From positions 30,453 through 94,452 of the forward strand of contig JAHEMQ010000005.1 in the NCBI GenBank assembly GCA_024643555.1: a stretch of DNA of 64,000 bases, in the 5' to 3' direction. The DNA is from Crocinitomicaceae bacterium (GTDB taxonomy: Bacteria > Bacteroidota > Bacteroidia > Flavobacteriales_D > Crocinitomicaceae). The position numbers and the translations under genes are program-made. Shown piece after piece: positions 37,628 through 47,923 of the stretch. The notes beneath the pieces were generated by a model. It was not told the origin of the DNA and did not search any database. It saw nothing but the letters and a program-made list of their open reading frames with translations. Each line of letters opens with the position of its first letter. Position 1 is the stretch's first letter.

Positions 37628-38530
37628 TTAATTCTGCATCTCATATTGCTTCTGCATTTCCTTGTCCTCGGGAGTACTGTAAACGCCGCATTTATTTGGT
37701 TTTTCAAATAATTTAATGAATTTCACCTGTGCTTGAAAAGGCCAATAGCTGGAAGAATACCAATTAAAATTTGCGTTGAATCCATCCCAATGATTGACGG
37801 TAACAATTGGAATCGTGACACTTGGAACAAACATCCAGGCTTTGTTTAATCGAATACCCACACCTAAACTGTAGACAAATTGCGCGGCAAGTTTATTGTC
37901 GTTGTATCCTTCAAAGGTTCGTGCTGCTAAATTAGGATTGTAATTGTTATAAACGGTATCGCCTGGATAAAAGCAGTAAGAAAATTGGAATCCTAGGCTA
38001 TTGTCGATGAAATGTTTGCGCACTTTAACAATTTTCTTCTTTCCGAAATAAAGCAAGGAATGTGCGCTGTAGCGTCCATAGAGATACCCATTGTTAAATT
38101 GATCTCCTTCCTTCGTTGAGCTAATCACATCACCTAAGGCATTTTTGTAGGTGAGTTCCGTTTCTTCTCTTCCGCGGTACATGGCATAACCGAGTCCCCA
38201 ATCAAAATAATCAATTACACGACTTTTTTTCAAAGCCTTGATCGGGGTCCCTTTCCATTTCGGAAAATGCACCATTCCAAATTCCGCATAAAATCCAAGT
38301 TGACTTTTCGGAGTAATGCTATAATTTCCTCTTGCCCCATTAGAGGCGGTTAATTCTCCCAGAATAGGATCACTATGAAAAGAGTAAGTTGGTCCTAGTG
38401 AAAACTGAATTCCATGATTACTCACAACCATGTAATCATTTCCTTTTTTCTGGGATTTAACGAAGCCACCTTGTCCAAAAGTCAAGAAAGAGCAAAAACC
38501 GATGAGTGCAAGTAGGAATCTATTCATCAT
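37628..38530 (-). CDS. hypothetical secreted, beta-strand-rich protein (possible outer-membrane protein)
   Basis: Signal peptide and aromatic/Gly-rich alternating composition. Its start overlaps the KMO stop as TAATG. Confidence 0.55.
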   Translation of the reverse strand: MMNRFLLALIGFCSFLTFGQGGFVKSQKKGNDYMVVSNHGIQFSLGPTYSFHSDPILGELTASNGARGNYSITPKSQLGFYAEFGMVHFPKWKGTPIKALKKSRVIDYFDWGLGYAMYRGREETELTYKNALGDVISSTKEGDQFNNGYLYGRYSAHSLLYFGKKKIVKVRKHFIDNSLGFQFSYCFYPGDTVYNNYNPNLAARTFEGYNDNKLAAQFVYSLGVGIRLNKAWMFVPSVTIPIVTVNHWDGFNANFNWYSSSYWPFQAQVKFIKLFEKPNKCGVYSTPEDKEMQKQYEMQN

Positions 38531-39891
38531 TAAAATTTAAAGTCAGCACTTTTTTCAAGCAGGATATCCATCACAATTTTGGAGTCCCATTCTTCTTCAA
38601 TATTGGGTAAAGACATGATTTCATCCATAATTTCACTTTGGACATTTCCTTGGCGATAGGCATCGCTGTAACGAATATTGCTGAAGGTTACTTGCGAATA
38701 CAGTGGTAACCAACGATCTGGATGAAGTTCACTGAATTTCGCTTCAATTTTCTTTCTTAAAATAAACGCAGGATCAGCAACATAATCGCGCATGACATAA
38801 TAGTTTTCAACGGACAAGTCTTGCAACGCATCACCATCAGGTTTGCGTTCCACGCTGTATTCTGCGAAAATGGCATCCCAATCATGGTTGTGTTTGTGCA
38901 TTAAGCGATTCATAACCGTACAATCCTCAAATCCGGCATTCATTCCTTGTCCATAAAAAGGAACGGTTGCATGCGCTGCATCTCCCATTAAGGCAACTTT
39001 TCCATTGGTCCAAGGATAACAACGAATGATGGCCAAATTTGAAAGTGGATGATCTTCCCAAGCATCAGCGATATTCGGCATCATTTCATAGAAATCGGGG
39101 AAGGTAGTCGAAAAGAACTTGTTAACGGCCTCACGGGATGTCAATTTGTCGAACGAATTTTCTCCGCCTTCATGCGGCATGAAAAGCGTACACGTAAACG
39201 ATCCGTCTTCATTGGCCATTGCCATTAACATAAATCGTCCTCGTGGCCAAATATGCAGGGCATGCTTGTCCAATTTGTGCGAACCATCTGGATTTGCTGG
39301 CAATAAAATTTCTCGGTAACCATCCGAAATGTAGTTTTGACTATAATTGAAACGATTCAATTTTTGAAAGGAATTGTAGCGAACGGCAGAAAATGCGCCA
39401 TCGACACCAAAAACTAAGTCCGCTTTAACGGTCACTTCTTCATTGGTTAAAGTATTGGTTAATGTTACAATTCCAGCATTTAAATCCACTTTTTTACAGT
39501 CGTGATTGTAATGAATGGTGGCATCGCCAAGTTTTTCGGCCATGTCCATCATCACTGCATTGGTTTTTCCTCTCGAAATGGAATAGATGGCTTGACCTTC
39601 TTTTCCGTATGGCTGATAACTCAAATTCCCTTTTAAATCATGCATCATACGGCCATACATGGGAATGCCGATTTTTCGAATTTCATCTCCAACACCAACT
39701 GCATCTAATGCGGTCCACCCACGAACAGATAGGGCGAGGTTAATGGATTTTCCAGCACTGATTTCTGCTTTTCGAATATCTGAACGACGTTCATAAATGG
39801 TCACGTTGTATCCCGCTTTGGACATGTATACTGCCCAGAGTGAGCCAACTAATCCTGCTCCAATAATGACGACTTCTTTTTTTTGTTCCAT
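38530..39891 (-). CDS. kmo: kynurenine 3-monooxygenase (FAD-dependent)
   Basis: GAGLVGS dinucleotide-binding motif, LMGDAAH and FYGQGMN motifs typical of KMO. 453 aa. Confidence 0.88.
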   Translation of the reverse strand: MEQKKEVVIIGAGLVGSLWAVYMSKAGYNVTIYERRSDIRKAEISAGKSINLALSVRGWTALDAVGVGDEIRKIGIPMYGRMMHDLKGNLSYQPYGKEGQAIYSISRGKTNAVMMDMAEKLGDATIHYNHDCKKVDLNAGIVTLTNTLTNEEVTVKADLVFGVDGAFSAVRYNSFQKLNRFNYSQNYISDGYREILLPANPDGSHKLDKHALHIWPRGRFMLMAMANEDGSFTCTLFMPHEGGENSFDKLTSREAVNKFFSTTFPDFYEMMPNIADAWEDHPLSNLAIIRCYPWTNGKVALMGDAAHATVPFYGQGMNAGFEDCTVMNRLMHKHNHDWDAIFAEYSVERKPDGDALQDLSVENYYVMRDYVADPAFILRKKIEAKFSELHPDRWLPLYSQVTFSNIRYSDAYRQGNVQSEIMDEIMSLPNIEEEWDSKIVMDILLEKSADFKF

Positions 39892-39943
39892 TTCTTGCTG
39901 ATTAAGGTAATGCTAATTGTGAATCGTCTCGAATGACTCTAAG

Positions 39944-39951
39944 CAAAGTTA
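39944..39951 (-). promoter_or_regulatory. -7 promoter box TAACTTTG, 52 nt upstream of the KMO ATG
   Basis: Perfect TAnnTTTG on the minus strand. Confidence 0.4.
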
Positions 39952-40012
39952 AAAACTATGTGGAATGTAATGACCAAAAGGCTTAGAATTTTCAACAGGA
40001 AAAATCGGAAAA

Positions 40013-40942
40013 CTATTTTCCTTTGATAAAGGTGATGTTGCGTTTTAAGCCTTTGAATTTGGTCCGTTTGACTGCACTGCGTTGGAAAAGGACTTGAAAT
40101 CCTTCTTCTTGTAGTTCGTGCCAATCTGCTTGATTCAGTTCTAATAATTGCGGTGTTGCTTGAAAGCGTTCTTCCTGGTGTAGAACGGAGAAACGATTCC
40201 ATGGACATACATCTTGACAAACATCGCAACCGAACATCCAATTGTCCAATTTACCAGCAAATTCCTTTGGTAACAATTCGTCTTTTAGTTCAATGGTTAA
40301 ATAGGATATGCATTTCGAACCATCTACGACGTAGGGTTGTACAATGGCATCGGTCGGACACGCATCAATGCAACGCGTGCATGTTCCGCAATAATCGGTT
40401 ATTGGTCCGTCAGCTTCGATTTCCAAGTCAATGATTAAATCAGCGATAAAGAAAAAACTTCCTTGTTGACGCGTAATCAAATTGGCATTTTTTCCAATCC
40501 AGCCAAGTCCTGATTTCTTTGCCCAGGCTTTGTCCATCACTGGAGCGGAATCAACAAATCCACGCCCATTTATTGCCCCCAACTTTTCTTGCATAAATTC
40601 CATGAGTTCCTTCAGTTTATCCTTGATGACATGGTGATAATCTTCTCCATAAGCATATTTGGAAATTTTCGGAGCATCGGGGTCGGCTTGTTTTTGATCC
40701 GTGTAATAATTGAAAAGCAAGGAAATCACCGTTTTTGCATCGTCCACAAGTAGTCGTGGGTCCAAGCGTTTGTCAAAGTGATTGGCCATGTAGGACATCT
40801 CACCATGGTAATTTTTAGAAAGCCATTCATCAAGTCTAGGAGCTTCTTCCTCTAAAAATTCCGCTTTGGAATAGCCAATGTGAAAGAAACCGAGTTCTTT
40901 GGCTTTTTGTGAAATCAATTGTTTGGCAGAAAGCGCGGACAT
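40013..40942 (-). CDS. queG: epoxyqueuosine reductase
   Basis: Two 4Fe-4S clusters ([23 protein letters not shown]) and a QueG-like N-terminus. Start trimmed to 40942. Confidence 0.9.
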   Translation of the reverse strand: MSALSAKQLISQKAKELGFFHIGYSKAEFLEEEAPRLDEWLSKNYHGEMSYMANHFDKRLDPRLLVDDAKTVISLLFNYYTDQKQADPDAPKISKYAYGEDYHHVIKDKLKELMEFMQEKLGAINGRGFVDSAPVMDKAWAKKSGLGWIGKNANLITRQQGSFFFIADLIIDLEIEADGPITDYCGTCTRCIDACPTDAIVQPYVVDGSKCISYLTIELKDELLPKEFAGKLDNWMFGCDVCQDVCPWNRFSVLHQEERFQATPQLLELNQADWHELQEEGFQVLFQRSAVKRTKFKGLKRNITFIKGK

Positions 40943-40947
40943 CTTGC

Positions 40948-41970
40948 TCAGAAAAGTCCACCTTGTGTCCAACCGATATCTTTGCCCAAATGGCGATACG
41001 TTTTCTCGGTAGCTTTTCGACCCCTTGGTGTGCGCATTAAAAATCCTTCTTGGATTAAAAAAGGTTCGTAAACTTCTTCCAAAGTACCTGCGTTTTCACC
41101 AATCGCCGTGGCAATGGTGGTTAGTCCGACAGGTCCTCCACTGAATTTATCGATAATAACTTTCAAGATACGGATGTCCATTTCATCCAGTCCATTGGCA
41201 TCTACGTTCAAAGCTTTTAGAGCAAATTCTGTAATTTCTTCGTCAATTTTTCCCGTTCCTTTGATTTGTGCAAAATCACGTACGCGACGTAAAAGGGCGT
41301 TGGCAATTCTGGGCGTCCCGCGACTTCGACTGGCAATTTTGAATGCGGCGGACTCATCGATGGGAATGTTCAATAAATGTGCGGAGCGTTCCACGATGGA
41401 TGTCAATGTTTTGGCATCGTAATATTCTAAGCGCGAATTGATTCCAAATCGTGCGCGTAGGGGAGAAGTGAGCAATCCAGAGCGTGTCGTGGCGCCAATC
41501 AACGTAAAAGGATTTAAATTGATTTGAATGCTTCGCGCATTGGCACCTGAATCCAACATGATGTCAATCACGTAATCTTCCATGGCAGAATACAAATATT
41601 CTTCAATGACAGGACTTAAGCGGTGTATTTCATCAATAAACAAAACATCTCCTACTCCAAGATTCGTCAGGAGTCCAGCCAAATCTCCCGCTTTATCCAA
41701 AACAGGTCCTGAAGTCACTTTGAATCCAACGCCAAGTTCGTTCGCTATGATGTTCGCTAACGTCGTTTTACCGAGTCCGGGAGGACCATGCAACAAGACG
41801 TGATCGAGTGGTTCATTTCGAAGTTGAGCGGCACGTACAAAGACCTCCAGATTTTCGACAACGGATGGTTGACCAGCAAAATCACTGAGCGTTTTCGGAC
41901 GCAGGACCTTATCGATTTCCTGTTCGCCGTTTTTTTCTGCTTCGTCTCTATAATCAAAAGAATCTTCCAT
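40948..41970 (-). CDS. ruvB: Holliday junction branch migration ATPase RuvB
   Basis: Walker [10 protein letters not shown], Walker B FIDEIH and full-length RuvB similarity. Confidence 0.97.
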   Translation of the reverse strand: MEDSFDYRDEAEKNGEQEIDKVLRPKTLSDFAGQPSVVENLEVFVRAAQLRNEPLDHVLLHGPPGLGKTTLANIIANELGVGFKVTSGPVLDKAGDLAGLLTNLGVGDVLFIDEIHRLSPVIEEYLYSAMEDYVIDIMLDSGANARSIQINLNPFTLIGATTRSGLLTSPLRARFGINSRLEYYDAKTLTSIVERSAHLLNIPIDESAAFKIASRSRGTPRIANALLRRVRDFAQIKGTGKIDEEITEFALKALNVDANGLDEMDIRILKVIIDKFSGGPVGLTTIATAIGENAGTLEEVYEPFLIQEGFLMRTPRGRKATEKTYRHLGKDIGWTQGGLF

Positions 41971-41976
41971 TCTCTA

Positions 41977-41984
41977 CAAAAATA
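41977..41984 (-). promoter_or_regulatory. -7 promoter box TATTTTTG, 6 nt before the ruvB ATG (leaderless geometry)
   Basis: The minus strand reads TATTTTTG-TAGAGA-ATG. Confidence 0.45.
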
Positions 41985-42011
41985 CAAAAGCATTCCAAAT
42001 AGGCATTGCTT

Positions 42012-42674
42012 CTATTGGGCTATTTCGTGTAGGAAATCCGACATGGACTCAAAGTGAAAATCGGCAACTGCAAGTTTGGGATTTGGATGATGTGTTTTTT
42101 CAGGAATACAAACGACTTTCATTTTTGCAGCGAGTCCAGCGAGGACACCATTGAAGGAATCTTCAATCACCAGGCATTTGTTTGGCGACACACCAAGTTC
42201 CTGAGCAACCTGAAGGTATACAGCTGGATGTGGTTTTCCGTAGGCTTCATTTTCAGCAGAATGTGCCACCGCAAAAAAGTGTGCAATATTCAACTCTTTT
42301 AATACTACCTGAATCAGTCGACTTGAAGACGAGGTACCTAATCCTATTTTTATTCCATTTTTTTGAAGGAATTCGAGTGTTTCTAATACTCCTGAAAGTG
42401 GAGCGGCATTTTCGGAAATGAGTTCAATCATTTTCACAATAATTGCTTCTTCCACTTCTTGCTCGTTTTCGACACCCCAATTTTCGTGTTGATTCCAAAA
42501 ATGTACGACTTCATCAATGCGCAATCCAACCGTTTTTTGAAAATCAGATTTTGTAAGCGTAGACCCTAAGGAATGAAAAACCTCTTCCATGGCAATTTTC
42601 CAAAGGGGTTCGGAGTCAATGAGGACACCATCCATGTCAAAAATAACGGCATCGAATTGGGAGATATGAATCAT
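42012..42674 (-). CDS. HAD-IA family sugar-phosphate phosphatase (beta-phosphoglucomutase/HxpB-like)
   Basis: Motif I FDMDGVLIDSE, plus motif II/III (GTSS, EDSFNG). Confidence 0.85.
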   Translation of the reverse strand: MIHISQFDAVIFDMDGVLIDSEPLWKIAMEEVFHSLGSTLTKSDFQKTVGLRIDEVVHFWNQHENWGVENEQEVEEAIIVKMIELISENAAPLSGVLETLEFLQKNGIKIGLGTSSSSRLIQVVLKELNIAHFFAVAHSAENEAYGKPHPAVYLQVAQELGVSPNKCLVIEDSFNGVLAGLAAKMKVVCIPEKTHHPNPKLAVADFHFESMSDFLHEIAQ

Positions 42675-43501
42675 GGCAATGTTAACTGAATGAATTTCGC
42701 AGGACCTAAATACCTGTTGCTTTCATTGGATAAAAGATATTGATTTTTACCAAGGGCAACAGAGGCTTCGACTTGCTGAATATGTGGATAAAAATAAAGG
42801 TTTTTCATTCGAATGCCTTCTTTTGGAAAATCGAGTTGAATCATCCGATTGTAGGTGGTGAGGACGATTTTATTTTCTATTGTGCTAGCACTCGTTATGG
42901 CATCCTTCCAATAGGAGCGTTTATTCAATTTGATTTCAGTCGTTTTTTTCAGGACCTTTTGAGTATTTGGCTCAAATTGAAAACAGTACAAATAGGATAT
43001 TCCATCAAATGGTTTGGTATTGTTTTTTGTGAAAATCCATAGTTGTCCTTCAAAAAAAGTCATCGCCTCCGCATCAAAATAACGCGCATTTTCATTCGGG
43101 GGAAATGCTTCTTGTTCTCGGAAAGAAATCGACATTTTTTCCGCCGAAATTTCTGTTGCCGTTATAAGGTCACTGCGATTGATTCGGTAAACGCATAAAT
43201 TTTTACGTGCATTTAGGTTATTTCCTAGATCTCCGATGTACACGAACTTCTCATCAATTGCCAAGGCTTCCCAATCGATGTTAGTTGCATTCGAAACCTG
43301 CATTTTTCGAAGGATTTCGCCTCGAAAATTCAACAAATAAATAAGTGGTTCATTCCCACTATCGTTGATAGCAATCAGAGTGGAATCATTTAATTTTTCT
43401 AACCCGGAAATTTCTGAAAGTTCGGGTGGAAGTTTGTAAGTTGTTTGAGCTGCAACAAGTACATGGAAAACTAGAAAAAGAAGTCCAAGTGCTGGTTTCA
43501 T
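42671..43501 (-). CDS. hypothetical secreted beta-propeller-like protein (SdiA-regulated-domain-like)
   Basis: Signal peptide and ELSEISGL...INDSGN...IGDLGNN pattern. The family assignment is tentative. Confidence 0.5.
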   Translation of the reverse strand: MKPALGLLFLVFHVLVAAQTTYKLPPELSEISGLEKLNDSTLIAINDSGNEPLIYLLNFRGEILRKMQVSNATNIDWEALAIDEKFVYIGDLGNNLNARKNLCVYRINRSDLITATEISAEKMSISFREQEAFPPNENARYFDAEAMTFFEGQLWIFTKNNTKPFDGISYLYCFQFEPNTQKVLKKTTEIKLNKRSYWKDAITSASTIENKIVLTTYNRMIQLDFPKEGIRMKNLYFYPHIQQVEASVALGKNQYLLSNESNRYLGPAKFIQLTLP

Positions 43502-44757
43502 TAGGATTCAATAAATAATCGAACGGTTTCAATTTTTCGATCGCTCACTTCTTCCACCACCAAACGGTATTTATCTAGTTGAACAGCGTCCCCTTGTGTT
43601 GGGATGGATTCGATGTGGTGAATGATTAATCCAGCAAGGGTGTCGTACTCTTCGGATTCTTCCAAGTGAAGTTTGAATGCTTCATTCAAGTAATCAATAT
43701 CGATGCGCGCCGAAAACAAATACTCGGTATCGCTAATACGTTCTTCCAGCCAATTTTCCTTATCGTGTTCATCTTCAATTTCTCCAAAAATTTCTTCAAT
43801 AACGTCCTCCAAAGTGATGATTCCTGCGGTTCCACCGTATTCATCCGTCACAACAGCAAAATTACCTGCTTGCTTTGTGAATTTCTCTAGTAATTCTTTA
43901 CCAGAAATAACCGTTGGCACAAAGCTAATCGGCTTCAGTATCTGCTTGATTGATTTTGGTTGGGAGAACAAATCGAAGGAGTGCACATAGCCAATGATAT
44001 TATCGATGTCATCTCTGAAAACAATCAATTTTGAAAGTCCTTTTTCGATCAATAATTGCTTCGCATCTTCGATACTTTCTTCGATTTCTACTCCAATAAT
44101 TTCAGTGCGAGGAATCATGCAATCACGTGCTTTGACATGGCTAAAATCGAGTGCGTTGCGTAAGATCAGCATTTCATTGCTAAATTCTTCTTCCGCTTTG
44201 ATCCGTGAACTAAGGTCATCAACGTAATGTTCCAAGTCAACTTTCGAAAAAACGCGTGCGGATTGATCTTGTGTTGAACCGAATAGTTTCAGGATAATGT
44301 AGCTGAAAAACAGGACTAGTTGGGTAGGCAAGTACAATAAAATATACAAAACGAGCATGGGAGCAAGGGTGATGTCCAAAAATCGATTCGGATTTATTTG
44401 CACCAAAGCTTTTGGTAAAAATTCAGCAGTAACTAGGACAATGATGGTAGAGGTTATGGTTTGCAAGACCAATAACAGCACTTCATCAGAGATTCCAAGT
44501 CCCATGAAAAACGTATTCAAAACGCGAGCCGCAGCGATGCCATACATCACCAAAGCGATGTTGTTTCCCATCAATAGGGAGGCGATCATGGTTGATTCTT
44601 TGTGGAAGAAAAGTCCAATAATTCGACTTTTGATGGAGCGATTTTTCTTCATCACCTCAATGCGCAAACGATTCGAGGATAAAAAAGCCAACTCCATCGC
44701 TGAGAAGAAAGCTGAAGCAAGAATGGAAATGAGAATGATGATAAAATCTACACTCAT
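43501..44757 (-). CDS. hemolysin-family membrane protein (DUF21 - CBS pair - CorC/HlyC; GldE-like)
   Basis: Four N-terminal TM helices, a CBS pair and a C-terminal transporter-associated domain. Confidence 0.85.
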   Translation of the reverse strand: MSVDFIIILISILASAFFSAMELAFLSSNRLRIEVMKKNRSIKSRIIGLFFHKESTMIASLLMGNNIALVMYGIAAARVLNTFFMGLGISDEVLLLVLQTITSTIIVLVTAEFLPKALVQINPNRFLDITLAPMLVLYILLYLPTQLVLFFSYIILKLFGSTQDQSARVFSKVDLEHYVDDLSSRIKAEEEFSNEMLILRNALDFSHVKARDCMIPRTEIIGVEIEESIEDAKQLLIEKGLSKLIVFRDDIDNIIGYVHSFDLFSQPKSIKQILKPISFVPTVISGKELLEKFTKQAGNFAVVTDEYGGTAGIITLEDVIEEIFGEIEDEHDKENWLEERISDTEYLFSARIDIDYLNEAFKLHLEESEEYDTLAGLIIHHIESIPTQGDAVQLDKYRLVVEEVSDRKIETVRLFIES

Positions 44758-44781
44758 AAGTTTGGAATTGATATCCGTAGT

Positions 44782-46056
44782 TTACAATACATCTTGACCG
44801 ATGTCCTTTCGGTAAAATGCACCGTCGTAGTTTATTTTTGAAATGGAATCATAGGATTTTTCCAAAGCTGCCTCTAAATTTTTCCCATAGGAAGTCACGG
44901 CGAGTACACGTCCACCTGCTGTTAACACGGATGGACCATCTGCACTTGTTCCTGCATGGAAAACAATACTATCAACAATGCTATTCAATCCAAAAATGGA
45001 CTTTCCTTTTTCGTATTCACCAGGATAACCACCAGAAACCATCATCACAGTTGCGGCACTTTTATCGATGAATTGAATGTCGCGCTCAGAAAGTGTATTG
45101 CTGGCAACGCCTTCAAATAAATCGAGGATATCGGATTTCAATCTTGGAATCACAACTTCTGTTTCTGGATCACCCATGCGGCAATTGTATTCAATTACGA
45201 AAGGATCTCCTTTGACATTAATCAATCCAAAAAACACAAATCCTTTGTAGGTAATGTTTTCAGATTTCAGTCCTTTGATGGTTGGAACAATAATGCGGTT
45301 GTGCACTTTGTCCATGAAACTCACATCGGCAAAGGGTACTGGAGAAATCGCGCCCATGCCTCCGGTGTTTAAGCCCGTATCACCTTCACCAATTCGTTTG
45401 TAATCTTTTGCTTCAGGTAATAATTTGAACGATTCACCATCTGTTAATACAAACACGGAAAGTTCGATGCCGTCTAAGAACTGCTCGATGACCACTTTAC
45501 TACTTGCTGCACCGAATTTTTCATCCAGCAGCATGCTTTTCAGTTCTGTTTTCGCTTCGTTCAAATCATTGAGGATCAACACCCCTTTTCCAGCGGCGAG
45601 TCCATCTGCTTTCAACACATACGGACCTTTCATCGCATCCAAGAAAGCAAGTCCTTGTGCAATCGTTTCTGCTGTAAATGTTCCGTATTTTGCAGTTGGA
45701 ATAGCGTGTCTCGACATAAACGCTTTCGCAAAGTCCTTACTTCCTTCCAACTGTGCGCCGAATTGACTTGGTCCAATGATGCCAACTTTTCTCAATTGCT
45801 CATCTGCTTGAAAGAAATCATAAATTCCTTTAACCAATGGCTCTTCGGGTCCAACGATGACCATATCGATTTGCTGCTCCAAGACAAATGATCGGATTCC
45901 TTCAAAATCTGTCGGAGATAAATCGATGTTTTTCCCATGTTTTTTGGTTCCTGCATTTCCAGGTGCAATAAACAAATCGTCTAAAATCGAACTTTGCGCA
46001 ATTTTCCAAGCCAATGCATGCTCTCGTCCACCAGAACCTAATAAAAGCACTCTCAT
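44782..46056 (-). CDS. purD: phosphoribosylamine-glycine ligase
   Basis: MRVLLLGSGGREHAL N-terminus and ATP-grasp conservation. The start overlaps the purQ stop as ATGA. Confidence 0.95.
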   Translation of the reverse strand: MRVLLLGSGGREHALAWKIAQSSILDDLFIAPGNAGTKKHGKNIDLSPTDFEGIRSFVLEQQIDMVIVGPEEPLVKGIYDFFQADEQLRKVGIIGPSQFGAQLEGSKDFAKAFMSRHAIPTAKYGTFTAETIAQGLAFLDAMKGPYVLKADGLAAGKGVLILNDLNEAKTELKSMLLDEKFGAASSKVVIEQFLDGIELSVFVLTDGESFKLLPEAKDYKRIGEGDTGLNTGGMGAISPVPFADVSFMDKVHNRIIVPTIKGLKSENITYKGFVFFGLINVKGDPFVIEYNCRMGDPETEVVIPRLKSDILDLFEGVASNTLSERDIQFIDKSAATVMMVSGGYPGEYEKGKSIFGLNSIVDSIVFHAGTSADGPSVLTAGGRVLAVTSYGKNLEAALEKSYDSISKINYDGAFYRKDIGQDVL

Positions 46057-46742
46057 GAACAATGGTTTAAAATCGATTCAAAAATGCGAACACCATCTGT
46101 GTTTCCAAGATGAATATCTGCAGCACGCTCGGGATGGGGCATCATTCCAAATACGTTTTTTTGTTTGTTGCTAATTCCTGCGATGGAGTGCAACGAACCA
46201 TTTGGATTCGCTTCATCTGAAATCAATCCTGCCTCGTCGCAGTAATGAAATAAAACTTGGTCGTTGTCTTGAATGCTTTTGATGGTGTCGTCAGATGCGA
46301 AAAAGCGACCTTCTCCGTGAGCGATTGGAATTTTATAGGCTTGACTCATGTTCAGATCCATACTTGGAGCAGCGCTGTGGCTTGCTGGTTTCAGGTGAAC
46401 ATTTTTACAGATGAATTTTTGAGTGTTGTTATGAAGTAAGGCACCTTCTAAAAGTCCTGATTCGGTTAGGATTTGAAAGCCATTACAAATCCCCATCACG
46501 TATCCACCGCGATCGGCATGACGCATGACTTCCGTCATAATTGGTGAGAATTTAGCAATCGCTCCTGAACGCAAATAATCTCCATAGGAAAATCCACCAG
46601 GAATAATCACCATATCAACCTTCTTTAAATCCGTATCCTTGTGCCACAAATTTTCCACTTGTTGTCCCATCATCTCTGACAAAACATAAATCATGTCTTG
46701 ATCGCAATTTGATCCGGGAAACGTTACAACTCCAAATTTCAT
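46053..46742 (-). CDS. purQ: phosphoribosylformylglycinamidine synthase, glutamine amidotransferase subunit
   Basis: PGSNCD, GICNGFQ (catalytic Cys) and MPHPER motifs. Confidence 0.9.
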   Translation of the reverse strand: MKFGVVTFPGSNCDQDMIYVLSEMMGQQVENLWHKDTDLKKVDMVIIPGGFSYGDYLRSGAIAKFSPIMTEVMRHADRGGYVMGICNGFQILTESGLLEGALLHNNTQKFICKNVHLKPASHSAAPSMDLNMSQAYKIPIAHGEGRFFASDDTIKSIQDNDQVLFHYCDEAGLISDEANPNGSLHSIAGISNKQKNVFGMMPHPERAADIHLGNTDGVRIFESILNHCS

Positions 46743-46762
46743 CTTACTGTTTAATTATCGTT

Positions 46763-46770
46763 CAAAATTA
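46763..46770 (-). promoter_or_regulatory. -7 promoter box TAATTTTG, 20 nt upstream of purQ
   Basis: Perfect TAnnTTTG on the minus strand. Confidence 0.45.
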
Positions 46771-46783
46771 ATCATTTAAACTG

Positions 46784-47749
46784 CTACTCTGTGAAGCTGA
46801 TAAAAAATTTCACAAAGGAGTAAAGCAGGGTAATGTAGAAAAAGATGCTAGCAAGGATTCCAGATCGCTTGCTCAAAAATGCGTAAGTAAGAAAATAGGT
46901 GAGTGGTATAATGGCTAAAGATAGGTACTGTAACGAACCACTAAAGAAAAAATCGACACTTCCCAACAATATGAAAAATGCAAATAAAAGTCCGAGCATT
47001 TGAATTTGTTTTTTTAAACGCAAGGAAGATTTTAACAAGCGTGCACCTAGACTAAACAAGCTGATTAATGCGATAATTGCGAAAAGTCCGACAATCGGAT
47101 AAACGTTAAAAAGCTGTTTGTCAGTAGGCATTCCCCAGCTAGGCCAAATCCAATTGAAATCAAGTTGTGCGGTAAAAAACAGGTAGCTGAAATAGTAAAT
47201 AATTGGGATGCAGACTCCTGAAAGAAAGAGAATCAGTTCGCGCCAAATGAAGGGTCGAATAATTACAATCATCATGAGTATAAAAGGAATCACCAACAGA
47301 AGATAGGGCATAAAAAGGATCGCCATACTGACGAATAGTCCAGCATTAAACGCGATTATTTTCCCATCGGAATTTTGTTTCAATTGAAAGAGTATGCTCA
47401 AGCAAAAAATCATGAAGGAATGCGCAAGCAGCGTACCATCAAAAGTGTTTAGTGGAACAAACATGGGCGTGAGCACCAGGTAAATGAGACTAATGATGTA
47501 TGTGTTTTTATCTAAAAATTCGTGGCTATTGAAAACGGCATTTAAAAGTACAGCGTTCAATAAGAGTAGAAATGACTGTAAGAAATATGTAGAAACTGTT
47601 CCGAGAATCGCATGTTGAAAAAACAATCCATCCGTTCGAGTGATAACCTCGTTTTGTAAACCAAGAACGGAAGCAAGGACATACACTCCAAGGATCAATG
47701 GAAGTAAGAATAAAACACCCGTTCGGTTGTCTAAAAACAGTCGAATCAT
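46784..47749 (-). CDS. hypothetical polytopic membrane protein
   Basis: 321 aa with about 9 hydrophobic helices. No recognisable motif. Confidence 0.6.
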   Translation of the reverse strand: MIRLFLDNRTGVLFLLPLILGVYVLASVLGLQNEVITRTDGLFFQHAILGTVSTYFLQSFLLLLNAVLLNAVFNSHEFLDKNTYIISLIYLVLTPMFVPLNTFDGTLLAHSFMIFCLSILFQLKQNSDGKIIAFNAGLFVSMAILFMPYLLLVIPFILMMIVIIRPFIWRELILFLSGVCIPIIYYFSYLFFTAQLDFNWIWPSWGMPTDKQLFNVYPIVGLFAIIALISLFSLGARLLKSSLRLKKQIQMLGLLFAFFILLGSVDFFFSGSLQYLSLAIIPLTYFLTYAFLSKRSGILASIFFYITLLYSFVKFFISFTE

Positions 47750-47875
47750 GAAACGAAGTTACTTTTTTCTAATGGGTACTTGGCATGATTGTGAATAACT
47801 CGATGCATTTGTTCAAAATGACGCATTTAACGTTAAATTAATTCCGATTTGATGGTCATTTTTGGCTAAAAATGA

Positions 47876-47883
47876 TATATTTG
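47876..47883 (+). promoter_or_regulatory. -7 promoter box TATATTTG, 40 nt upstream of the dksA-like gene
   Basis: Perfect TAnnTTTG. Confidence 0.45.
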
Positions 47884-47884
47884 C

Positions 47885-47905
47885 TTTCCTCAATAGTAGA
47901 GGAAA
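47885..47905 (+). promoter_or_regulatory. 7-bp stem-loop at the predicted 5' end of the dksA-like transcript
   Basis: TTTCCTC-AATAGTA-GAGGAAA followed by TTTT. Confidence 0.3.
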
Positions 47906-47923
47906 TTTTGAAAGAATAAAGGT

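Noticed and set aside
46053-46742. A stand-alone purQ next to purD, without purS or purL, as a possible anomaly.
   Set aside because: Purine genes are commonly dispersed in Bacteroidota. Without the rest of the genome I cannot tell whether purS and purL are split elsewhere, so this is not evidence of anything unusual.
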